Assembly (NCBI GenBank): GCA_049516875.1
Contig: JBEKSS010000007.1
Coordinates: 96,001 to 160,000 of the forward strand
DNA from: Candidatus Bathyarchaeia archaeon
GTDB taxonomy: Archaea; Thermoproteota; Bathyarchaeia; Bathyarchaeales; Bathycorpusculaceae
DNA length: 64,000 bases
Direction: 5' to 3'
The stretch's first letter is position 1. Every line of letters begins with the position of its first letter. The notes beneath the pieces are model-generated. The model was not told where the DNA came from and did no database searches. It saw only the letters and a program-made list of their open reading frames with translations. Made by a program: the position numbers and the translations under genes. This document shows positions 40,315 to 50,387 of this stretch, piece after piece.

Positions 40315-40896
40315 ACTTTCGATCTCTCAACAGTTCCGATCCTCGAAATGAGCTTGAAATAACCGAATATAGAACAAATTTCCGATTTTTGAAAGCAGAC
40401 GTCAATATTGCTATGCTCGCGCGCGGGTATATCCGATATGCTATGGAGAAGAGGAGACTACTGTCCTGCCACAGGTCATATTCGTTTGCTAGCTTGAATG
40501 TTGGAACGGCGGCCAGTGCGAGTATGAAGGCCTGTATCACAAGAAGCGCGTTTCAGACGTTTGAAGAATCCAGTAGAAAGGCACAACTAGAAACGAGATT
40601 GGACTGAAATGCCCTCCGAAGGAGGAGCCGCGTCGGTTACTGGAAAGTTCACATGTATGATAGAAGAACTTGCTAGCATTTGAGGTCGTCCAAAAGGACT
40701 GCGTGAAAATTCCAAGGTCCCACGCACATGTCTTGAGTGCGTAGCATCTGAGGACGGTCAAGACGGAAAAACCAGCGCCATAAATCACTGCGGATACGAA
40801 CAGGAGAATCTTGCTTCGTTCTATGTTGCCAATCCTTCTGGGTAGCCGTGCCTCCAAGCTCTCTATGGATGCTAACTTCCTAGGTTCTTCTTCCAT
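40304..40896 (-). pseudogene. Frameshifted, truncated DUF2079 paralog
   Basis: WDLGIFTQ, HFSPI and SET in one frame; IQAFILALAAVP...YP in another. Confidence 0.8.
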
Positions 40897-41014
40897 TTTC
40901 TTTCGCCCCGTCGATTATGCAGTACTGTGATGTTTTTGGATTTCTGTGTCCATGCGATGATATGAACCGCAGCTGACTGCCAAGAGACGTGGACACGTTA
41001 TTTCCGATTGGAAG

Positions 41015-41710
41015 ATAAAATGTAAGAAAGTCTCCTATTTCGTTAACCTAGCTTAGACTTGCCTTTTTTCTATTTACGAAAAACATAGGGACCTCTCTTA
41101 CCCTGAATTTGCGAGTATGGGCTTATCTTATGGTTTCTATCTGTATCTAAGTTTGACTGTGCAGATCATTGATTATGCTCTTGACAAGCTTCGTGGAGTA
41201 ACACCGTATTCCACTGGTGTGATAGGATATTTTCATGTCAATCCTGACCTTTGTGACTAGGTTGGCTGCTTTCTCACTACTAGCCGAAATATGCTCCAAT
41301 CCCAGTGCCGCCTCCTTGGCAATATCGGCTTCCGATAACCAGTCGCTACCTGCATTTGTCGGTTTTATCAGCTCTGGGATTTCTCTGGAATCATGAGAAT
41401 AGTCTGCGTCCATTGTAACTATACAATTCGGGGGATTTTCATTGATAAGAATGCTTTAGATCCGTCTGTTATGGCTGTTCCAAGCCCGGTTTTCTTCGGT
41501 CTGACGAAAAGGAGAATGTTCTTGTACTTCTTCTGCAATCTTCGAACAGCATCCGCTGTTCCCCACGGGCTGGAATCATCTATAACCAGTATAAACATTT
41601 CAGGTTTAGGCGTTCAATTTCTTCGACTGATTTCTCGATGTCTGCTGCTTCACAATATGTTGGCAGAATCAGACCGATAACAGAGTCAGCTTCGAGGTTT
41701 CCTTTTATCG
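41015..41710 (-). pseudogene. Decayed inverted copy of the DPM-synthase gene at 34091
   Basis: IGLILPTYCE, DDSSP, MDADYSH, TSGIRCYSTKLV, DLHSQT*IQIETIR*, FVNRK, with stops and frameshifts. Confidence 0.9.
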
Positions 41711-41814
41711 ATGAAAACTCCATTGTTTTCGTTTTTCTCTTCGGCATTAGCGTTCACTCATTACACTCGCTATGTACAAGCTACTGAATCACATATCCTC
41801 TTTTACGAGCTTGA

Positions 41815-41986
41815 ACCAGATGTTTTTGGTTTGTTTCTACAAAAAGCTAATGGATGCCGTATTTTTTGGTGCAGCTTATGGGGAGACGGGGCAGACTCTA
41901 TGCTTTTTCAATTAACCGTAGCCTGGTGGAATTTAGCGTATTCTTGAGCCTTTCTTTCCTGCAATGTGTTCGACTTGGCACTGTGC
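41815..41986 (-). pseudogene. Decayed inverted copy of the priL 3' end
   Basis: Minus strand reads QVEHIAGKKGSR..*..LKKHRVC...QKIRHPLAF, versus PriL QVEHIAGERGSR...LKTHGVC...QKTRHPLGY. Confidence 0.85.
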
Positions 41987-42080
41987 GGGCGAGTAGCGAG
42001 AGTATTCAAGGTGGCGCGCGTGACTTTGGCCTAGAACGAAATGCTTTTTATCCTTACATCGAATTTAGTGTTGAGCGTCT

Positions 42081-43295
42081 TTGAAGTCAATTGCTTTTGT
42101 ACAGCAGGCGTTTAGAGAATATTACACGAAAGGATTCTCTTTCAGTGAAAACTTATCAATGATTGAGAAACGCGAATTCGGCTTCGCCTTGTTTGAGGGG
42201 TGGATGCTCCGCCATAAGAATTTTGACACCAGAAATGAATTAATCTCCTTTCTGGGCGACTCAGTGCCGCGAGATGCCTATTTCTCATGCGCCTACTATG
42301 AAGACCCGCAGGCTGCGATGGAAAAGAAAGGTTGGTCCGGCGCGGACTTGGTTTTTGACATTGATGCTGACCATATTCCTACATCCTGCGACAAAGTTCA
42401 TGATCTATGGACTTGCGGCAAGTGCGGCTTCACAGGAAAGGGAGTTGTGCCAGAAAATTGTCCGGTTTGTGGTGGTGAAAAGTTCGACGAAAGCACTTGG
42501 CCCTGCGAAGCTTGTCTAGCCTCCGCAAAGCATGAAACTATGAAGCTTTTGGACATATTAATGAAGGATTTCGGCTTTTCTGACAAAGAAATTCGAGTAT
42601 TCTTTTCAGGGCATAGAGGTTATCACGTGCACGTTGAAAATGAAGCCATCAAAGATCTTGACAGTGTCGCCCGCAAGGAAATTGTTGATTATGTCTGCGG
42701 CTTAGGTTTAGACATTCCTTCCCACGGGCTGGATGAGAAAAGGGTGAAGGTGTTGAGTCTGAACGATCCTGGCTGGCGAGGACGAATCGCCAAAGGGATT
42801 CATAACTTTGTCTTCATTGCTGAGGCACAGGATTACAGAGACGTAGGGCTGAAAGGAAATGTTGCTGAGGCCATGGTCAAGAACAAGGGAGCAATTTTAA
42901 GGAACTTAAACGAATCAAAGCCTTGGGAGGCAGTGAAAGGAGTGGGCCCTGAAACGTGGAAGAAGATAATAGAACACTTCGTAATGTCGCAGTCTGCTAA
43001 CGTTGACACAGTTGTTACAACGGACACTCACCGTCTAATCAGGCTGGGATGCACATTGCATGGCAAAACAGGGCTGAAAAAAACGGAGTTTCCAGTCCCA
43101 GCCATAAACGACTTTGACCCATTCAAAAGTGCGATAGCCTTTAGAGAAGGCACAGCCACCGTCTTAGTCTCCAATGCACCTGAGTTTAGGCTGGGTGACC
43201 AAACGTTCGGTCCTTACAAAAATCAGAAAATTGAGTTGCCAACGGCAGCTGCTGTGCTCCTGATTTGCAGAAAAAGAGCAGAGGTAATAGAATAG
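42081..43295 (+). CDS. priS: DNA primase small (catalytic) subunit
   Basis: REFGF, DLVFDIDAD, FSGHRGYH, D..VT.D..RLIR...TLHGK. Confidence 0.97.
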   Translation: MKSIAFVQQAFREYYTKGFSFSENLSMIEKREFGFALFEGWMLRHKNFDTRNELISFLGDSVPRDAYFSCAYYEDPQAAMEKKGWSGADLVFDIDADHIPTSCDKVHDLWTCGKCGFTGKGVVPENCPVCGGEKFDESTWPCEACLASAKHETMKLLDILMKDFGFSDKEIRVFFSGHRGYHVHVENEAIKDLDSVARKEIVDYVCGLGLDIPSHGLDEKRVKVLSLNDPGWRGRIAKGIHNFVFIAEAQDYRDVGLKGNVAEAMVKNKGAILRNLNESKPWEAVKGVGPETWKKIIEHFVMSQSANVDTVVTTDTHRLIRLGCTLHGKTGLKKTEFPVPAINDFDPFKSAIAFREGTATVLVSNAPEFRLGDQTFGPYKNQKIELPTAAAVLLICRKRAEVIE

Positions 43296-43297
43296 AA

Positions 43298-43846
43298 ATG
43301 TACAGTCAATTGTATGAAATTTGGAAACAAGAACTCGAAGACGCTGAACTGGCTAAGCTTCCACCAGACTTTTACACGGGAATCGTTGAATATGTGAAAA
43401 AGCTCAAAGAAGAAAGCAGAATGCTCGACAAAAGAACGGTAAAGGCGAATCTTCTCAGAAAAGAAATGCAGAATATGAAACTCATGATATGGGAACTGAT
43501 TTGGGTAAGATGTCGGAAGATTGTCAACAAAGCAGCGAAGGGTGAAGATGTCTCTCGAGAAGCATTGACGGCTGAGGAAGAACAGATTTATGGGAAGATT
43601 TCACCGTTGGTTGAGACCGCATCGAATTTTGCCACAGAAATCTTGCATGGACATGAGCCTCGAACCATAACTGACCTAAGGCACAAGAGGATTACCGTGC
43701 GTATATTAAATGATGTTCCTGCAATAGTTGGTGCGGACATGAAAACTTATGGGCCATTCAGGACTGAGGATGTTGCATCCTTGCCTGTTGAGAACGCTAA
43801 GATTCTCGTTAGACAGGGTTTGGCCGAAAAGATCGTAGTAGGCTAG
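43298..43846 (+). CDS. gins51: GINS subunit Gins51 (Gins15)
   Basis: LP.DFY, R..KI, LT.EE, G.D...YGPF..EDV.SLP..NA; follows priS. Confidence 0.9.
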   Translation: MYSQLYEIWKQELEDAELAKLPPDFYTGIVEYVKKLKEESRMLDKRTVKANLLRKEMQNMKLMIWELIWVRCRKIVNKAAKGEDVSREALTAEEEQIYGKISPLVETASNFATEILHGHEPRTITDLRHKRITVRILNDVPAIVGADMKTYGPFRTEDVASLPVENAKILVRQGLAEKIVVG

Positions 43847-44073
43847 TCAACTGCGCGTGCCATCTCCACGGTATGTTACATGAATATTTTTGGGGCGTAC
43901 GAGCTTTTTTAGGTTTTGCATCACTACAACATTCTATCCAAACGCGATGTTTATGGATACAGCTTTAGGGCTTCTCAGAAGCTTGTGTGCCATTCGGCAT
44001 CTATTCGAGTTGAACGAAGAAAGCGAAAAAGTATAAGAACATGTGTGGTTTTCTTTATGCGAAGTTAGCCGTG

Positions 44074-44355
44074 ATGGATTTGAACGTTCCGAAAGGGGTC
44101 AGGACATATTGCCCAAAGTGTAAACAGCATCAGGCTCACACTGTCACTCTTTACAAGGTTGGCAAGCCGAGAGCCTTGGCTAAAGGTGCGCGTCAACACG
44201 CGCGAAAAAAGAGAGGTTACGGTGGGCAGAAGTATCCGCTTCAGAGAGAGTTTGCGAAGACAACGAAGAAGCAGACTTTGAAGTTGAAATGCAGGGTCTG
44301 CGGTTTCATGAGGCATAAGGACGGTATACGGCTGAGGAAATTGGCTATTGTGTGA
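44074..44355 (+). CDS. rpl44e: 50S ribosomal protein L44e
   Basis: TYCPKC..H, GYGGQ, KTTKK..L.L.C..C. Confidence 0.97.
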   Translation: MDLNVPKGVRTYCPKCKQHQAHTVTLYKVGKPRALAKGARQHARKKRGYGGQKYPLQREFAKTTKKQTLKLKCRVCGFMRHKDGIRLRKLAIV

Positions 44356-44374
44356 TTGTTTAGAGATGATGTCT

Positions 44375-44572
44375 ATGTCTGATTGGGAAAGACTCATTCC
44401 AAGACCAAGAAGCAGTTTCGTCCGAGTAAAGTGTCTGAAATGCGGGAACGAACAAATAGTTTTCAGCAGCGCAGTTAACAAAGTGAATTGCAACGTTTGT
44501 GGAATTGAACTTGCCGAACCGTCAAGCGGGAAAGCAAAGATCAAGGGCGAAATAGTCGCGGTTTTCGAGTAG
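44375..44572 (+). CDS. rps27e: 30S ribosomal protein S27e
   Basis: PRSSFVRVKC..C.NEQ.VF...C..C...L.EP..GK. Confidence 0.97.
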   Translation: MSDWERLIPRPRSSFVRVKCLKCGNEQIVFSSAVNKVNCNVCGIELAEPSSGKAKIKGEIVAVFE

Positions 44573-44574
44573 GG

Positions 44575-45375
44575 ATGAAGGTCGCGATGGCGCTTAGGAA
44601 GTTGGAGTGGCCCGAGACTGGCGACTTGGTGATGGCCACTGTGGAAACCGTCACGGATTTCGGTGCTTATGTAAAATTAGATGAATATAACAAGAAAGGG
44701 TTACTACACGTTTCCGAAATATCTTCATCTTGGATTCGAAACATCCGCGATTTTGTCCGCGAGGGACAGAAGCTTGTTTTAAAGGTTTTGCGTGTCGACC
44801 CTGAAAAAGGGCACGTAGACTTGTCCCTGAGACGAGTGACGAAGAGAGAAAAAATTGAGAAGACAATGGCTTGGAAAAAGGAGAGGAAAGCCGAAGCTTT
44901 GATTCGAGGCGTCGCCGAGAAAACTGGTATATCCTTACAGGAGATTTACGACAAAGCTGGAACCCTCATGGAAAACGAATACGGATTGTACGAGGGTTTC
45001 GAAAAAGCCGTAAAAGAAGGCGCGGAATCTCTGATGAAAATAGGTGTGCCTGAAGAGATTGCCAAAGCGATTCTTGAGGTCGGTCAGGAAAGGATACGCG
45101 TGCCAATGGTCAGAGTAAAAGGACTGGTCGAACTTCGATGCATAAAGCCGAATGGAGTGAAAATCATAAGGGAAGCTTTTTCAAACGCTAGGAAAACAGA
45201 AAAGCTTGGCAGCACGAAGCTTCGTTTTTATGTGATTGCCGCTCCGAAATACAGCATTGAAGTTTTGGCTGAGGACTACAAGCATGCTGAAGACACATTT
45301 CAAAGGGTAGCCCAAAACGTGGTTTCAAACGTCACCAAAGCTGGTGGACAGGGCAGCTTTAAGAGGGAAAAGTGA
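44575..45375 (+). CDS. eif2a: Translation initiation factor aIF2 alpha
   Basis: S1 domain GAYVKLDEY, HVSEISS, DLSLRRV, APKY. Confidence 0.97.
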   Translation: MKVAMALRKLEWPETGDLVMATVETVTDFGAYVKLDEYNKKGLLHVSEISSSWIRNIRDFVREGQKLVLKVLRVDPEKGHVDLSLRRVTKREKIEKTMAWKKERKAEALIRGVAEKTGISLQEIYDKAGTLMENEYGLYEGFEKAVKEGAESLMKIGVPEEIAKAILEVGQERIRVPMVRVKGLVELRCIKPNGVKIIREAFSNARKTEKLGSTKLRFYVIAAPKYSIEVLAEDYKHAEDTFQRVAQNVVSNVTKAGGQGSFKREK

Positions 45376-45545
45376 TGGTCTGGCTGTTGAGGAGATGTGA
45401 GCAGTGTGAAGGTTACACACTGAAGAAGGGCGTATGCCCATATTGCGGCGGAGGGGTTAGAGTGCCGCACCCGCCAAAATTCTCACCTGATGACAAATAT
45501 CTCAAGTACCGGATGGCCTTGAAGCTGGAGAGTGAAAACGAGTGA
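45375..45545 (+). CDS. nop10: H/ACA RNP protein Nop10 (56 aa, not in ORF track)
   Basis: MVWLLRRCEQCEGYTL...CPYCGG...PHPPKFSPDDKY..YR; overlaps both flanking genes. Confidence 0.95.
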   Translation: MVWLLRRCEQCEGYTLKKGVCPYCGGGVRVPHPPKFSPDDKYLKYRMALKLESENE

Positions 45546-46315
45546 AGGAGACAGTCATCAAAGAACTCAAGAAGGTCGATCTGAACAACCCCGTCCTAAT
45601 CGAGGGGTTACCGGGCTTAGGGCTCGTCGGCAAAATCGCCATACGCTATTTAGTAAAGGGGTTGAAGGCAGAAAAGTTGGCTTACATTTATTCACCGCAC
45701 TTCCCATACTTTGTGCTTGTGAGCAAGAAAGGAAACGTACGGCTCTTGCGTGGAACATTCTATTTCTGGAAGAACAAGAACAGAAAGAACGACTTCATTC
45801 TCTTCACGGGTGACAGTCAAGCACAAACGATTGAAGGGCAATACGAGATTTCTAACAGCATTTTGGGCTTTGCTAAGAAATGTAACGTGAAGACCATCAT
45901 AACGATAGGTGGTTACCGGATGGAAGCCAAGGACAAGCCGAAAGTTGTCGCCGCTGCGACAAACCAAGAGTTACTGACCAAAGCACTACAGGCTGGTGCT
46001 GAGATCAGTCCGACAGGAAGCCCTATCGTGGGCACTGCTGGTCTAATCTTAGGCCTCTCTCATTTCAAGAAGATCGATGCTCTCTGCCTCTTGGGAGAAA
46101 CGCGTGGATACCTGCCAGATCCGAAGTCGGCCAAAAGTGTCTTGGAAGTGTTACAATCACTCCTTGGTTTTGATGTAAGCTCGACTGGACTCGACGAGGA
46201 AATTGTCAAAGCAGACAAGATGGTTACACGTTTGCAGAAGATTGAAGAAAAGAGAACGTTGGAAGCTGAGGAAACACGGAAAGAAGAGGACAAGAAAGTA
46301 ACATACATTTCCTAG
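45542..46315 (+). CDS. Proteasome assembly chaperone (PAC2 family)
   Basis: EGLPGLGLVGK, GDSQ, TIGGY, LLGET.GY..DP. Confidence 0.92.
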   Translation: MKETVIKELKKVDLNNPVLIEGLPGLGLVGKIAIRYLVKGLKAEKLAYIYSPHFPYFVLVSKKGNVRLLRGTFYFWKNKNRKNDFILFTGDSQAQTIEGQYEISNSILGFAKKCNVKTIITIGGYRMEAKDKPKVVAAATNQELLTKALQAGAEISPTGSPIVGTAGLILGLSHFKKIDALCLLGETRGYLPDPKSAKSVLEVLQSLLGFDVSSTGLDEEIVKADKMVTRLQKIEEKRTLEAEETRKEEDKKVTYIS

Positions 46316-46321
46316 GTACCA

Positions 46322-47413
46322 TTAAGAGACCATTTCTTGCTTGATTATTCGCACGATTCTTTCGGCAGCTCTGCTATCTCCATAGGGGGATATCTTCGGC
46401 AAGGTTCTTGGCCGTTCCAATGTCGTTTTCATTTTTTCTAGTATTATTTCTTTTTCTATGCCAACTACTTGCGCGAAGCCCGCGCTCACAGCCTCAGGCC
46501 TTTCGGTGGAGAGGCGCATGACCAAAACAGGTTTCCTGATGCATGGTGCCGTCGCCTCTTCTTGTATCCCTCCAGAATCGGTCAGTATCATTTCACAGTT
46601 CTTCATCAAAACGAGGAAATCTAGGTAGCCGAGCGGTGGCAAGATCTGCACATTTTCTGACTTCATGATCTTGTCATAGATCCTGTTTTGCCGCAGTCTT
46701 TTCTTGGTGCGTGGATGCATTGGGTAAACAACTGGGATAGGTGCCTCAGCAAGGACTTCTATGAAGTTATTTAGAACAAGCAGGTCGTCTACGTTCTCCG
46801 CCCTGTGAGCCGTTGCTAAAGCAAATCTTTTAAAATCAATGCACTTTAATATTTTTGATTTTTTCTCTGCCAATGGCAGGTGCTGGGTCACTGCATCTAT
46901 CACCGTGTTTCCAGTGAGGTAGATTTTGCCCCACACATTCTCTTTTTCAAGGTTGTTCTCGGCCGTTTTGGTGGGTGCAAACAAGTACGATGAGATGTGA
47001 TCCGTTAAGCGTCTGTTGTGTTCCTCCGGCATGCGTAGGTCATGACTTCTGAGTCCTGCTTCAACGTGTCCTACGGGCGTTCCAAGCTTAACCGCAGCCA
47101 AGGCCGTGGCTAGCACTCCGTTTGTGTCTCCTTCAGCCAAAACTAGTGAGTGCAGAGTCCTCATTAGTAGTTGTTCCATGCGGATCATTATCTGGGCCGT
47201 TTGTGCACCTTGAGAGAATGTTTTCAGTTTATATCCGTAATCAGGTTTTGGGAGCCCAAGGTCTTCAATGAATTGTTGCGACATGTTATAATCATAGTGT
47301 TGGCCGCAGTGCACGAACGTGAAGGGCACGTTACCTCTCCGCAAGGCTCTGATAAGAGGTGCCATTTTTATTATCTCAGGACGTGTTCCCACAACGACCA
47401 TTACGGGTTTCAT
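46322..47413 (-). CDS. wecB: UDP-N-acetylglucosamine 2-epimerase (non-hydrolysing)
   Basis: GTRPEIIK, GQH, GDT, HVEAGLRS, PEE.NR, DSGGIQEEA. Confidence 0.96.
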   Translation of the reverse strand: MKPVMVVVGTRPEIIKMAPLIRALRRGNVPFTFVHCGQHYDYNMSQQFIEDLGLPKPDYGYKLKTFSQGAQTAQIMIRMEQLLMRTLHSLVLAEGDTNGVLATALAAVKLGTPVGHVEAGLRSHDLRMPEEHNRRLTDHISSYLFAPTKTAENNLEKENVWGKIYLTGNTVIDAVTQHLPLAEKKSKILKCIDFKRFALATAHRAENVDDLLVLNNFIEVLAEAPIPVVYPMHPRTKKRLRQNRIYDKIMKSENVQILPPLGYLDFLVLMKNCEMILTDSGGIQEEATAPCIRKPVLVMRLSTERPEAVSAGFAQVVGIEKEIILEKMKTTLERPRTLPKISPYGDSRAAERIVRIIKQEMVS

Positions 47414-47622
47414 CAGATATTCACGAATGCAACATTTGAGAATTCATGTCTTTTAACGTTTCCCAGAAGATAGAATCACTACGTACGCCGCTGAAGTTTA
47501 ATTGAAGCATGCGCGCCTGCCATGAATCGTGGCATAATAATGGGTGATGCCAATATCATGGTGATTATCGATCGCTCCGTCTCAGGCTTGCTATGTGCTA
47601 GGAAAGTCGAGCAGCTAGCATT

Positions 47623-49659
47623 TTATGTCTTTTTCAGGTAGCCTTGTCTGGGTTCGTAAATTGTTCCTTCGCGTAGCAGTTGTCCTACGAGACGGTCTGT
47701 ATCTCCTCTTGGAATCTTGTATTTCGTTTCAAGCTCGTCTAACAGTGCTGCTCTTTCGACCATTCCTGTTTCTTTTTCCATTTCCATCAGAGCTGAGAGA
47801 ATTATTTGCAGTCGATCTCTCATGCTTTTTGGTTTTCCTGTCATAATGATGTCTATGTCTATTTTGTACGAGGATAGATCTATGCCGACTTCTTCGAGTG
47901 ATCTTTTCATGATTGCGACTGCGGCTTCTGCGTCTTCAGCTGTTACTTCCTTTCTGAGAGCCACCCGGGCTCTTGCTTCGGCTGTGCGTACGAGGGACTC
48001 CAGCTGCCGTGCGGTAATTGCTACGGGTGAACCTTCTGCTTCGCTGGCTGAACGCATCGCCAGGTAGAAATCCTTGAGACGTTTTAGAGCTTCTTGGCCT
48101 AGAACAGGCTTTACTCCTTTGGCGTAGCCGATGTATTTTCGCAAGAGTTCCACGGGTATGGGTGGTTCAACAGGGCTGGAACCTTTTCTGTGGATTTCGA
48201 GGATGTGTTCCGACATCTTGCTGTCTGATTCCTTGTTCGGTACATCCCTCAATACAAAGATCAAATCGAACCTGGAGAGTATTGTGACTGGCAAAGAGAT
48301 GTTTTCAGCTACAGTGCGATGCGGTTCGTATCTTCCCAATGAAGGATTTGCAGCGGCAAGTATTGCTGTTCGGGCGTTGAGTGTGGCAACAATGCCGCCT
48401 TTTGCAACTGAAACGGTGTGCTGTTCCATAGCTTCATGAATGGCCACTCTGTCTTCTGGGCGCATCTTATCCATTTCGTCTATGCATGCAATTCCTTTGT
48501 CAGCCAGCACCAGGGCTCCGGCTTCAAGGCTCATTCCGCCCCCTTTTTCTCGGATGACTGCGGCGGTCAGGCCTGCAGCTGTGGTGCCCCGTCCAGAAGT
48601 GTATAGCCCGCGTGGTGCGATTCGTGCTACGTACTGCAGTAATTGAGATTTTGCAGTTCCAGGGTCTCCGACTATAAGTGCGTTTAGTTCCCCTCTTATC
48701 GAGATGTCTGGGAGAGTCTTTGGCACACCTCCGAATAGGAGGTACATTATCGCCTCTTTGATGTGATCATAGCCGTAGATTGACGGGGCTATCGAGCTTA
48801 TGATTTTGCGATGCACCCAAGGATCCTTTGCGAGTTCGAGGATTTTTTCTTCTTCCTCTGGTGATGGAAGTGCTGTTTCGGGTTCTTTGCCCAGAACCTC
48901 AATCGAGTTGGCGTCCAAGTGTAGAATGAAGGTGCGAAGTTTTCCGACCCCTGGCAGTGTTGGCGCGAGAGCGTGTACTTCTCCAACTATGGAAACGTCG
49001 TCGCCAGGTCTTGCGATGTCAACGATTTCGCTTCCTATCAGTTTGATGCTCAGCGTCCTTGGCAGTTGTCCAGGTGGCAAGTCTTCGGGTCTTTCTTGCG
49101 CTCTTAGATCTTGAGAGTCTATGAAGGTCGATTCATCTTGGACGAATTCGAATGGGCCTTTTGATCCGCAATCTGGGCTGCTGCATTCGAAAGGTGCTTT
49201 CACGTACGTGCCTGTCTGGTTCACGGGATTTAACGTCCCGCATCTCTTGCATTTGAATGCTGCTTGCATTACCATGGGGCGGACTGGTGATGAACGAACT
49301 ACGATTCCTTCAACCATTACGAGTCTGCCAATCTGCTGTGAACCAAGTTTACGCAACGGCGCTGCTTCTAACAGCCGCACGATCCGAACGTTTACCGTTG
49401 CGGCTTTTTCGGCGTATTCTGGATCTTCTATCTGCAGTTGCGCGTAAGCAGCGTTGTTGGCATGCTTAAGGTATTCGTCGGGTTTTTCCAGAAGCTCCTC
49501 GGCAAGCCTTTGATCAAAGGCCAGAAGATCTTCAAAACCAACCGTCAACGATGTCGTGCCTGCTACCGCCATCTGTGAGATTCTTTGACGGTATCGTTCG
49601 GTTTTTAGGAAATCTTGGAATCGTTCTTGTGGGTCTATCGCTTCTAGTTCTTCAGTCAT
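47623..49659 (-). CDS. mcm: MCM replicative helicase
   Basis: GDPGTAKSQ, IDEMDKM, SRFD, TARQLE; no intein; ATGA overlap with gins23. Confidence 0.98.
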   Translation of the reverse strand: MTEELEAIDPQERFQDFLKTERYRQRISQMAVAGTTSLTVGFEDLLAFDQRLAEELLEKPDEYLKHANNAAYAQLQIEDPEYAEKAATVNVRIVRLLEAAPLRKLGSQQIGRLVMVEGIVVRSSPVRPMVMQAAFKCKRCGTLNPVNQTGTYVKAPFECSSPDCGSKGPFEFVQDESTFIDSQDLRAQERPEDLPPGQLPRTLSIKLIGSEIVDIARPGDDVSIVGEVHALAPTLPGVGKLRTFILHLDANSIEVLGKEPETALPSPEEEEKILELAKDPWVHRKIISSIAPSIYGYDHIKEAIMYLLFGGVPKTLPDISIRGELNALIVGDPGTAKSQLLQYVARIAPRGLYTSGRGTTAAGLTAAVIREKGGGMSLEAGALVLADKGIACIDEMDKMRPEDRVAIHEAMEQHTVSVAKGGIVATLNARTAILAAANPSLGRYEPHRTVAENISLPVTILSRFDLIFVLRDVPNKESDSKMSEHILEIHRKGSSPVEPPIPVELLRKYIGYAKGVKPVLGQEALKRLKDFYLAMRSASEAEGSPVAITARQLESLVRTAEARARVALRKEVTAEDAEAAVAIMKRSLEEVGIDLSSYKIDIDIIMTGKPKSMRDRLQIILSALMEMEKETGMVERAALLDELETKYKIPRGDTDRLVGQLLREGTIYEPRQGYLKKT

Positions 49660-50225
49660 TTGCGTCCCTCTTGCTGTTCTATGATTTGGGTCTTCCACTG
49701 ACTGATAAGTTTGAACAGTTTTTCATAAAGAAACTTTTCTTCGTCTGCAAGATTTCTGAGCGCACTTTCTGTTTGAGCAGGAATGGAGGCGATTGAGATG
49801 ATTTTCTTCAGTCTTGAGTTTATGATATCCTGAGCCAGTTGTCTGACTCTTTCGTGTTCCCGCATTTTTTCAGGATCTCTCACAATTTCTGCTTTCAATT
49901 TTGTGAGGTATCTTCGAACCTTTGGGTAGAAATTTTCAGGCAGTCTAGATATTTGGCCAGGGCTTTGTATGCGTTCAGTCCATTGGATCTTGTTAAGCTT
50001 GGCCGCGTCCACTTGTTCTTCTTCACGAAAATGGGCGATTCCGGATTTTTCAAGCTCCAAGGCTACCCAGTAATAAACTTCGTATTCGTTTCCTTCCTCA
50101 AAAAGGTCCACGCTTAGGCCTCCGAGTTTGATTTCAGGGCAAGTTCTGTTTGCAATTACCTTCACTAGCGAGTTTTCAAAACAGAAATCTTGGAGCTCAA
50201 TTTTTGACGTGACAGTTCGTGGCAT
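49656..50225 (-). CDS. gins23: GINS subunit Gins23
   Basis: B-domain first (W.A..L...G), E....LP..FY, R..KI, L..EE; upstream of mcm. Confidence 0.85.
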   Translation of the reverse strand: MPRTVTSKIELQDFCFENSLVKVIANRTCPEIKLGGLSVDLFEEGNEYEVYYWVALELEKSGIAHFREEEQVDAAKLNKIQWTERIQSPGQISRLPENFYPKVRRYLTKLKAEIVRDPEKMREHERVRQLAQDIINSRLKKIISIASIPAQTESALRNLADEEKFLYEKLFKLISQWKTQIIEQQEGRK

Positions 50226-50387
50226 CTTCTTCTCCTTCTCAACCCTCGGTATTGTGGTCTCTCGATACAGGACAACATATGAATGCTGCTGTTTAAAAGT
50301 TTAGATTAAAGAGCTTGACAGGATTCAAGATTGTGCGATTCTGCTTTTAGAGAAAAAATTGAAAGAGAGAGCGTATTTTTCATGTCA

